A program made the translations under genes and the position numbers. The notes under the pieces were generated by a model that searched no databases, was not told the DNA's origin, and was given only the letters and a program-made list of their open reading frames with translations. 64,000 nt of DNA from a bacterium (GTDB lineage: Bacteria; Desulfobacterota; DSWW01). The stretch is from positions 1 to 64,000 of the forward strand of contig JBFLZG010000137.1 in the NCBI GenBank assembly GCA_040756235.1, read 5' to 3'. Below, piece after piece: positions 56,415 to 64,000 of this stretch. Position 1 is the stretch's first letter, and each line of letters begins with the position of its first letter.

Positions 56415-57578
56415 ATGAGAGACGTAGCAATCATCGGCGCCGGCATGATCCGGTTCGGCAAGTTTCCTGACTACCCGGCCGCCCGCATGGGAGGGGACGC
56501 GGCGGAGATAGCCCTCAAACAGGCGGGAGTCAAGCCCACCCAGATCGAAGCCACCTTCGTCGGGAATACCGGCGGGAACGCGCCCAACCTGGGGCAGCGG
56601 GTCAACGGCGAGATCGGGGTGACGGGAATCCCCGCATTCAATCACGAGAACGCCTGCGCCAGCTCTTCGGCCGCCTTCCGCCAGGCGGCCCTCGCGGTCG
56701 CGAGCGGCATTCACGACTACGTGCTCGTGGTGGGCGTCGAGAACATGACTTCCCACATCGCTTCGGGCCGCGTGCCTGCAGGCCCTCTCGTCCTTCCGCA
56801 CGGAGCCAACATCGAGGCGGACAACGGGATGATGATGCCGGCCGTGTTTGCGCTCCTCGGGAGCCATCACATGGCCGAGTACGGAACCACACCGGAGCAG
56901 TTCGCCAAGGTGGCGGTCAAGAACCACGCCCATTCCGTGCACAACCCGTACGCCCAGTACCAGAAGGCGTTCACGCTGGAGGAGGTGCTGAGCTCCCGGA
57001 TGGTCTGCGATCCTCTGACGCTCCTGCAGTGCTGCCCGATCGGGGACGGCGCGGCGGCCGTGGTCGTCACGACCGCCGCGAACGCGGCGAAACACACGAC
57101 CAAGCCGGTCCACGTCGCGGGCTCGGTGCTGACGTCGGGAAAGTACAAGGCTTCGGTGGAAGGGCCGGTTCAGCTCGAGGCCTGCGTGCGGGCCGCCAGG
57201 CAATGTTACGAGGTAGCCGGCGTCGGGCCCGAAGATCTGGACGTGGTGGAGCTCCATGACTGCTTCAGCATCCACGAGCTGGTGGCCTACGAGGACCTCG
57301 GTCTCTGCCCCAAGGGCGAGGGCGGGCGCTTCATCGACGAGGGGCAGTCGGGTTACGGGGGCAAGGTGGTGGTGAACCCGTCGGGCGGGCTCCTGTGCAA
57401 GGGCCACCCGATCGGGGCCACGGGCGTGGCCCAGCTCGTAGAGGTGGTCTGGCAGCTCCAGGGTGTGTGCGGCGCCCGGCAGGTCCCGAATGCGAAGGTC
57501 GGCCTCACGCACAACGGGGGAGGCTTCGGACCCGGCAACGAGCCCGGCGCCATGAGCATCACGATCGTGAAGATCTGA
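56415..57578 (+). CDS. SCP2-type thiolase family protein
   Basis: ENACASS, ELHDCF, NPSGGL..GHPIGATG, HNGGG. Confidence 0.92.
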   Translation: MRDVAIIGAGMIRFGKFPDYPAARMGGDAAEIALKQAGVKPTQIEATFVGNTGGNAPNLGQRVNGEIGVTGIPAFNHENACASSSAAFRQAALAVASGIHDYVLVVGVENMTSHIASGRVPAGPLVLPHGANIEADNGMMMPAVFALLGSHHMAEYGTTPEQFAKVAVKNHAHSVHNPYAQYQKAFTLEEVLSSRMVCDPLTLLQCCPIGDGAAAVVVTTAANAAKHTTKPVHVAGSVLTSGKYKASVEGPVQLEACVRAARQCYEVAGVGPEDLDVVELHDCFSIHELVAYEDLGLCPKGEGGRFIDEGQSGYGGKVVVNPSGGLLCKGHPIGATGVAQLVEVVWQLQGVCGARQVPNAKVGLTHNGGGFGPGNEPGAMSITIVKI

Positions 57579-57659
57579 TGAGACTCAGCGGATGACATCT
57601 TCGGTTTCTGAGCCAGCCTGCTTGCAGGAGGAGATCTTTCGGGTTCCGGGGGCCGAAGG

Positions 57660-57885
57660 ATGGCCGGATGCAAGGCGCGCGACAATTCCGCAGGACAGCG
57701 GAATTGGACGCATCATCCGCGAGGATGATGCGCCCGTAGGGCGAGGGCCATGGATGGCCCGAGTCAAATTTGAGGAGTGAGACGTAACCGGGAGTCACAG
57801 TGGACCCCGGCCTTCGCCGGGGCAGGCTCCCCCCGCCACATGCGCCATGCGGGCAGTACAGCGGATGTGCGTTTATCGACAGCTC
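57660..57885 (-). mobile_element. Diverged MITE-like element, copy F, with nested hairpins
   Basis: GATGCAAGGCGCGCGA, TGAGGAGTGAGACGTA and GCGGATGTGCGTTTATCGACAGCTC match the family in reverse; internal TGGACCCCGGCCTTCGCCGGGG. Confidence 0.55.
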
Positions 57886-57901
57886 ATTACGGAGGGGAGC
57901 G

Positions 57902-59281
57902 ATGGCCTTTGCCGACTACTTCGACGAGAAGCTCTACCGAATCCAGAACACGCCCGAGGTGAAACAGATCCAGCTTGAGAAGCTCAGGCGCCACCTGGCC
58001 AGGTTCTACCAGCAGAGCCCGGCTGTGCGCATGTTCGTGGATTCGCAGGGGATCGCGCCCGAGAAGATGACACTGGAGGCCTTCCGGCTGGGCTTCCCCC
58101 TGCTCGGCCAGGGAACGCTACGGGGATCTGTGGCCTCCGAAGGCTCCCGGGAACCGGGATACATCGTGCAGGTGATCTCCGGCATGCTGGGCATCGACCC
58201 ATCCGAGTACGTACTGATGTGCGCCACCTCCGGCACCACGGGAGAGCCCACGCCCTACTTCTTCACGGCCGAGGACCTCGATTTCATGCCGAGGGGCACG
58301 AGCCGCGGCATGTACATGGTGACCCAAGGCAACCTGGAAGAGATCAAGCGGATGCGGGCCGTGCAGGCCTTCGGGCTGAGCATGTTCGGAGCCGGTGTTC
58401 CGCTGGTGGAGTGCCTGATCCGGCTGGGCGTGGGCTGCATTCCGGTGGGCGCCGAGGCCGGTACGGACCGCATCCTCAAGTTCGCCGAACGGTTCGCCGC
58501 CAACTGCATCTGGTGCACGCCTTCCCTTGCGGAGTACATGGTGGACACCGCCCTCGAGCGGATCCGGGCCATCGGGTTCAAGTACGTCTTCTGCGGCGCG
58601 GAGCCGGGAGCGGGAATTCCCGAGGTGCGCCAGAAGATCGAATCCGGCTTCCAGACCAAGCTCTACGACGGCATGGGCCTGATCGGCGGCCTGACCCTCT
58701 TCTCCTGCGGAGAAGAGGAGTACGCGGGGATGCACCACCTGACGGACGACATGTTCCTGTTCGAGCTGGTGGACCCCGAAACCAAGGAGACGATCCCCTG
58801 GGAGGACCAGGCGGTCGGCGAGATGGTGATGACGCCGCTCCAGGGGTGCACGATCCCTCCGGGACGCTTCTCCTCCGGCGACGTCGCTCAGCTGTTCCTT
58901 GCCCCGTGCAAGTGCGGCGCTCCGGGATGGCGGATCAAGATGCGGGGGCGCACGGACGACATGCTGAAGGTCAAGGGGGTCATCGTCTATCCGGCCGCGG
59001 TCGATGGCGTGATCACCGGGTTCGTGCCGCGCCTGACGGGCGAGTTCCGCATCGTCCTCGATGCGCCGCCGCCCCGGGTGGAGCCGCCCCTGAAGCTCAA
59101 GGTCGAGTACGGCGAGGGCGTTCGCGAGGAGGACCTGGAAGGGCTCGGCAAGGAGCTCGAGGCCGAGATGCACGCCAAGCTCAAGGTCCGCCCGCGGATC
59201 ACCTGGGTGCCGCCCATGACGCTCGAGCGGGCGGCCCACAAGACCAAGTTCATCGAGAAGGCCTACGAAGAGAAGAAATAA
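57902..59281 (+). CDS. Phenylacetate-CoA-ligase-family acyl-CoA synthetase
   Basis: ATSGTTGEPT, TPS, GAEPG, FSSGD, CKCG, GRTDDMLKVKGV. Confidence 0.9.
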   Translation: MAFADYFDEKLYRIQNTPEVKQIQLEKLRRHLARFYQQSPAVRMFVDSQGIAPEKMTLEAFRLGFPLLGQGTLRGSVASEGSREPGYIVQVISGMLGIDPSEYVLMCATSGTTGEPTPYFFTAEDLDFMPRGTSRGMYMVTQGNLEEIKRMRAVQAFGLSMFGAGVPLVECLIRLGVGCIPVGAEAGTDRILKFAERFAANCIWCTPSLAEYMVDTALERIRAIGFKYVFCGAEPGAGIPEVRQKIESGFQTKLYDGMGLIGGLTLFSCGEEEYAGMHHLTDDMFLFELVDPETKETIPWEDQAVGEMVMTPLQGCTIPPGRFSSGDVAQLFLAPCKCGAPGWRIKMRGRTDDMLKVKGVIVYPAAVDGVITGFVPRLTGEFRIVLDAPPPRVEPPLKLKVEYGEGVREEDLEGLGKELEAEMHAKLKVRPRITWVPPMTLERAAHKTKFIEKAYEEKK

Positions 59282-59293
59282 GGGGAAGACCAG

Positions 59294-60097
59294 ATGCCCG
59301 AGATCTACATGAACGACTGGCCTCCGTTCGCGCCCGACGACCAGAACCGGCGCGAGGCCACGCTCGTGGCGGTCAAGCTCATGGCCAACGCGGCGCAGAC
59401 CGCGCCGAACGCCGGGGGCGTCTCCCAGATCGAGGCCTCCATCGTTTACGGCTACCGCGAGCAGGACCAGATCGCACGGAAGATGGAGGAAATTGCCCAC
59501 ACGCGCTACGCCGACACGATGCTCGGCCGCCGCTTCCTGTACGAAGCCGTCATGGTGAGAGAGTCGGACGCCGTGCTGCTGCTCGGGAATTTCCGCGCCA
59601 AGGACACGCCCATGGACGCCAAATGCGGCGCCTGCGGCGGCCGTCGCGATTGCTCTTTCCTGTACAGCAGGCGCGATGCGCCGAGCGGCATCATCGATCA
59701 CACCCGCCGGCAGCACGAGACGTTCATCGATGGTCCCCTCTGCGGTGTGCGCTGCCAGGATTTCGGGTATGCCATGGGCTCGGCCCTCTGGATGGCCAAC
59801 CGGCTGATGATCGACGCCAGGGCCTATATGACGGTGGGGATGGCCGCGCTCCTGGTCGGCTATCTGAAGGACTCCTCGATCTGCATCGGGGTCCTGGCTG
59901 CCGCGCTTTCCAAGAACCCGTACGTGGACGTCAACACCGACTACCACGTGCTCAATCTGGGCCGGCACGTGGACGGTCTCCGCAAGCACTATGCCCTGGG
60001 CCGGCAGGCGGGCGGCGACTACCGGGTCTCGGATCCGGGCTTCGATGCCGCCAAAGCCAGAAAGAAGGCTCTCAAGGCGGACCAGGATTCCGAGTGA
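59294..60097 (+). CDS. DUF2148-like ferredoxin-domain protein, paralog 1
   Basis: AAQTAP, CGACG..C, GPLC, DFGYAMGSA, SKNPY. Confidence 0.78.
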   Translation: MPEIYMNDWPPFAPDDQNRREATLVAVKLMANAAQTAPNAGGVSQIEASIVYGYREQDQIARKMEEIAHTRYADTMLGRRFLYEAVMVRESDAVLLLGNFRAKDTPMDAKCGACGGRRDCSFLYSRRDAPSGIIDHTRRQHETFIDGPLCGVRCQDFGYAMGSALWMANRLMIDARAYMTVGMAALLVGYLKDSSICIGVLAAALSKNPYVDVNTDYHVLNLGRHVDGLRKHYALGRQAGGDYRVSDPGFDAAKARKKALKADQDSE

Positions 60098-60107
60098 GGG
60101 GGACCCC

Positions 60108-60935
60108 ATGCCTGTCTACGATGCCAATCAACTCGCTCAGGAAAAGCTCTTCGATGTGGCCGTCTCGTGCGCCCAGGCAGCTCTCAAGGCGCCCCAGATC
60201 ACCGGCAAGGTCGAGATCAAGATGCAGATCCTGACCGGTGAGGAGCTCAACCCGATCATGGAAGCCCTGACCATCCTGGGGCGGATCGACATGTTCAACT
60301 TCCTGAGCTTCGCCACCTGGCAGAGCGCGGCCGCCCAGGGCAAGATGCCGGTCTTGCTCCTCATCGGTGCGGACGTGCGCCACAGCGACCTCAACTACAA
60401 CTGCGGGGCGTGCGGCTTTCCGACCTGCGGCGAGTTCAACAAACACTCCAAATCCGTGACTCCGCCCCCTTACATCATGGTGAAAGGACCGGTCTGCATC
60501 TGGCGCCTGATCGATTATGCAGGGGCCTGCGACTGGGCCTGCGCGACCGCCTGGCAGCACAATGTCACGAACCGGATCGAGATCGCCTCGGGCTGGGCGT
60601 CCCGCGAGGTGGGATACCTGGAGGATTGCGACGTGGTCCACGGCCTGCCGCTGGGGCCGTGCACGGACCTGCACTGGTACTCCCGTGAGGCCGTCTCTGC
60701 CATGATGGACTACGACCTCTGGCTCGGCCGCACCCACCAGAACTATCCCACCATGTTCGGCACCTTCCCGGGAGAGGGCAGGCCCGACATCAAGATCCGG
60801 CCCGACTGGTGGAAGCAGCCGGCCGAGGTCGAGATCAAGCACATCCCTCCGGAGCAGTTCGAGGAGCTCTACGCCGGGGTGGAGAACGACCTGAAGGAGC
60901 TGAAAGGACGGGTGAAGGCCGCAAGAGCCGAGTGA
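60108..60935 (+). CDS. DUF2148-like ferredoxin-domain protein, paralog 2
   Basis: AALKAP, NCGACGFPTC, GPVC, GLPLG. Confidence 0.78.
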   Translation: MPVYDANQLAQEKLFDVAVSCAQAALKAPQITGKVEIKMQILTGEELNPIMEALTILGRIDMFNFLSFATWQSAAAQGKMPVLLLIGADVRHSDLNYNCGACGFPTCGEFNKHSKSVTPPPYIMVKGPVCIWRLIDYAGACDWACATAWQHNVTNRIEIASGWASREVGYLEDCDVVHGLPLGPCTDLHWYSREAVSAMMDYDLWLGRTHQNYPTMFGTFPGEGRPDIKIRPDWWKQPAEVEIKHIPPEQFEELYAGVENDLKELKGRVKAARAE

Positions 60936-60968
60936 GCGCGGGAGGCTTCACCCTTGAGGAGAGAGGAT

Positions 60969-63917
60969 ATGGAAATCCATAAGAGCACCGTGTCCGCGGC
61001 AGCGCCGGAAGGCGGCACGCTGCCCGAAAGACTCAGCCGGATCGTGGGACCGGAGCGGGTCACGACCGACCCCGGGCGGATCGCGTCTCGTCTCGGGCGG
61101 CCTGCCGGTGCGGCGCCGGCCCTGATCTGTGTGGAGCCGGCCGATGCCGGCGAGGTGCAGGAGGTCGTCGCACTGGCCGCTCGCCTAGGCTCGGCGGTGT
61201 TCACGCTCACCGACCGCACGCCGGACCCCTCCCTGGAGCTCGGCCGGGGCGGCATCCTGCTGGATCTGAGCCGGTTGCAGGGAATCGAGCGCGTGGACAA
61301 GCGCAACTTGCTGGCCCACGTCGAACGCGGGGTGACGTTCGCGGCCCTGAAGGAAGCCCTGGACGGTCAGGGGGTCAAGATCGCGGCGCCGCTGGCGGCC
61401 ACGTCGGACTCGGTGCTGCAGAACTTCGTCAATCGAGCGCCGCTCAAGAAGGCGACGCTCTACCCGGAGGTGCACGTCTACAACCTGCAGGTGGTCATGG
61501 CCGACGGCAGGCTCTTCAGGACCGGCAGCCACGCCCTGAACGAGCTGGAGGACTGTCGGGAAGACGGCGGGCCGAGCCTGAGCCGCTGGCACATCGGGAG
61601 CGAGGACGTCTTCGGCATCGTGACCCGCGCGACGGTGTGGCTGTACCCCAAGGCCGAGAGCCGGGACGCACTCCTGTTCGGGTTCGACCGGCTGGAGGAT
61701 GCGGTCCGGGTGCTGCGCAACGTCCCGCGGACCGAGCTCGGGTGGGAGTGGCTGGCGCTGGACCGGCGGTTCGCCGCGCACCTGCTCGGGGAGAAGGAGC
61801 CTCGTCTGCCGGCCTGGACGGTGGTGGTCGGGTTCGATCACCGCCGGAAGATGGTGGAGTATCAGAAGCGACGAGTGGCGGAGCTCGTGGGCGGGCTGGA
61901 CGGCCGGCCTCTGGAGGATTACCGGGAGGCGTTTGCGCGGCTTCTGGACGAGGTCTGGTTCCAGGCTTCCCCTTTGCACACGGGATATTACTGCGCGTGC
62001 AACCGCGCCGCCGACCTGGACCGCGTGGCCCGGAGCCATTTTTCCGGAGCCGGCGCCACCGGGGACGAGTTGGGCCGCTGTCTGCTTTCCGTCAACCGGG
62101 GCCGCTGCCTGTACGCGCAGCACGATCTGTTCATGGACGCCGGGGGGCGCGAGGCTCTCATGGAGGGCCTGGAACGTGAGCTTGCGGGCCTGGGAGCATT
62201 TTTCGACCGCCCCCGCGGGGCCGTGGCCGACGACGTGCTCGCCCGGGTGCCGAACCTGCGCAAACAGCTGGCCACGATCAAGGCGGTGGTGGACCCGCAG
62301 GGAATCCTCAACCCGGGCCGGTACGTGCGCCGGGAAGATCCCGTTTACGCGCCCCTGGCGGTGGCATATTCGTGCGCCGAAGACACCGGGGTCGAGGCGG
62401 CCAACCTGGAGGAGGTGGAAGGCAAGGTCAAGGCGGCGTTGGGGACGGAGTGGGTGAGCTCGAACCGTGCGGACCTGTCCGCCTACGGGCGGGACTTCAC
62501 CGTCTTCTCCGGGGAACGGCCGAACATCGTGGTCCTGCCGCGCACGACCGAAGAGGTGCAGGCGGTGGTGCGGATTGCCTACGCGCACAAGATCCCCGTG
62601 GTACCCCTCTCGACCGGGTTCAACCACGGCGGGCTCACGGTGCCGAGGAAGGGCGGGATCCTGGTCGACCTGAAGCGGATGAACCGGCTGGTGTCGATCG
62701 ACGAGGAGACGATGACGGCCACCTTCGAGCCGGGAGTGCGGATGCGCTCGTTGTGGTACGAGACGCACAACGTGGAGACCTTCGGCGGGATCCGGCTCAA
62801 GCCGATTCTTCCCCTGACCCTTGGAAGCGTCTCCCTCCTGAGCAACTACGTTTCCCGGGGGGGACCCGGCAGCGCCGTCAAGTACGGCTTCGGCTCCGAC
62901 CTCACGGTCAACATGACCTGGGTTCTGCCCAACGGCGAGATCTTCAGGACCGGGCCGTCTTCGGTCCCGGGTGTGGGGGACCTCGGGCTCAACTGGGGGC
63001 CGGGGCCGGACGTGACCGGCATGTTCTTCAACGCGGACGGCGCCTTCGGGATCTGTACCGAGATCACGGCCAAGCTCTATCCGGACATGCCCAAGGAACA
63101 GATCGTCCAGACCGCAGTCTTCGACGAAGACCCGGTCGGCTGCCGCAAGGCGTGCGACATCATGTACGACGTCTGCCAGGACAACCTGGTCGAGTTCATC
63201 TACAAGAGCCATCCGGGGGTCATGTGCGTGACCCTGGCCGGTCTCATGGGGGGCAAGCCTCAGGACTACATGATGATGACCCCCAGGCATCCGCTCTTCA
63301 TGATCTTGACCGGAATGGACGAGGAGGAGCTGGCGATCCGGGCCGAGTTGGTGAGAGAGATCTTTGCCAGGCACGAGGTCCTGGAGCTCGACGTGAGCAT
63401 GCTGCCGCCCGAGTTTGCGGACTTCATGTCCACCGAGCCGATGAAGGCGAGCCTCGGGCTCAAGAACACGACCGTAGGGGCCTATCGGGGTGCCTTCCAG
63501 TGGCAGGCCGGCTACATACAGGTGGACAAGGTGCCGGGGATCAATCAGGAATACAAGAAGCTCATCCGGAAGTACTGGAAAACCTCGGACATCTCCATGA
63601 CCGAGGAGTCCGCGCTGACCGGGACCGATATCCAGGGTCCGCTCCCTTACGCCCGGATGGGGACCGTGGAGTTCGACTACTGGTGGGACCAGGGGAATCC
63701 GGAATCGGTCAAGCGGGCAGGGGTCATGATCCGCAAGACCACGGAGCTCATGTTCCGGCACGGGGTCATCCCGATCCGGAACATGTTCGGGTTCGGCGAG
63801 CTGCTGCTGCCGAGGCTCACCGTGTACAACGAGATCCTGAAGAAGGTGCGAGCCGTCTTCGACCCGGCCAACCTCATGCACCCGGACGTGCTGCCGGCGA
63901 CCGAAGACTATGTGTGA
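60969..63917 (+). CDS. Tandem-fused FAD-linked oxidoreductase (two VAO/PCMH/GlcD-like units)
   Basis: Unit 1 ends KAVVDPQGILNPG; unit 2 has VLPRTTEEVQ, GGILVDLKRMN, GAFGICTE and ends FDPANLMHP. Confidence 0.88.
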   Translation: MEIHKSTVSAAAPEGGTLPERLSRIVGPERVTTDPGRIASRLGRPAGAAPALICVEPADAGEVQEVVALAARLGSAVFTLTDRTPDPSLELGRGGILLDLSRLQGIERVDKRNLLAHVERGVTFAALKEALDGQGVKIAAPLAATSDSVLQNFVNRAPLKKATLYPEVHVYNLQVVMADGRLFRTGSHALNELEDCREDGGPSLSRWHIGSEDVFGIVTRATVWLYPKAESRDALLFGFDRLEDAVRVLRNVPRTELGWEWLALDRRFAAHLLGEKEPRLPAWTVVVGFDHRRKMVEYQKRRVAELVGGLDGRPLEDYREAFARLLDEVWFQASPLHTGYYCACNRAADLDRVARSHFSGAGATGDELGRCLLSVNRGRCLYAQHDLFMDAGGREALMEGLERELAGLGAFFDRPRGAVADDVLARVPNLRKQLATIKAVVDPQGILNPGRYVRREDPVYAPLAVAYSCAEDTGVEAANLEEVEGKVKAALGTEWVSSNRADLSAYGRDFTVFSGERPNIVVLPRTTEEVQAVVRIAYAHKIPVVPLSTGFNHGGLTVPRKGGILVDLKRMNRLVSIDEETMTATFEPGVRMRSLWYETHNVETFGGIRLKPILPLTLGSVSLLSNYVSRGGPGSAVKYGFGSDLTVNMTWVLPNGEIFRTGPSSVPGVGDLGLNWGPGPDVTGMFFNADGAFGICTEITAKLYPDMPKEQIVQTAVFDEDPVGCRKACDIMYDVCQDNLVEFIYKSHPGVMCVTLAGLMGGKPQDYMMMTPRHPLFMILTGMDEEELAIRAELVREIFARHEVLELDVSMLPPEFADFMSTEPMKASLGLKNTTVGAYRGAFQWQAGYIQVDKVPGINQEYKKLIRKYWKTSDISMTEESALTGTDIQGPLPYARMGTVEFDYWWDQGNPESVKRAGVMIRKTTELMFRHGVIPIRNMFGFGELLLPRLTVYNEILKKVRAVFDPANLMHPDVLPATEDYV

Positions 63918-63928
63918 AGCAGGTTCTA

Positions 63929-63997
63929 GGTGTCAGGTTTCAGGTGTCGGACCCCCTCTTTCGCCCCTGAGAACTGGCCACTGAAAGCTGACACTGG
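63929..63997. repeat. Inverted heptamer repeats, possible terminator
   Basis: GGTGTCAGGTTTCAGGTGTC ... CACTGAAAGCTGACACT right after the stop codon. Confidence 0.5.
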
Positions 63998-64000
63998 GCA

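Noticed and set aside
58118..63881. 663-aa, 671-aa and 898-aa overlapping ORFs
   Set aside because: Antisense or alternate-frame shadows of well-supported plus-strand genes

Overview
High-GC bacterial DNA. Gene content (many sigma54 elements, a glycyl radical enzyme, DUF2148 proteins, a DUF35/thiolase pair) suggests an anaerobic Deltaproteobacteria/Desulfobacterota-like organism; this is inference only. Four blocks are visible. (1) 1-17.4 kb is a mixed accessory region: a tandem-GAF sigma54 activator between two candidate target promoters that share a 32-bp upstream motif, a DUF1302-like outer-membrane gene, a pair of dirigent/AOC-like proteins, a glycyl radical enzyme with no activase in the window, murJ, and a tandem pair of serine-recombinase-fold proteins lacking the catalytic motif. 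(2) 17.7-39.9 kb is a Wzx/Wzy exopolysaccharide locus led by a NusG/RfaH paralog, with an AlgD-like dehydrogenase, two sulfotransferases, FemAB/GNAT transferases and an inverted beta-helix gene. (3) 40-44.5 kb is a scar region with a secreted repeat protein and gene remnants (tyrosine recombinase, N-formylglutamate amidohydrolase-like). (4) 44.5-63.9 kb is a CoA-dependent catabolic island with two paralogous TetR regulators and four GAAC-N4-GTTC-type palindromes. A ~200-bp MITE-like family carrying variable REP-like hairpins occurs at least five times. No rRNA, tRNA or CRISPR array was recognised. All family assignments come from motif recognition by eye, not database searches.
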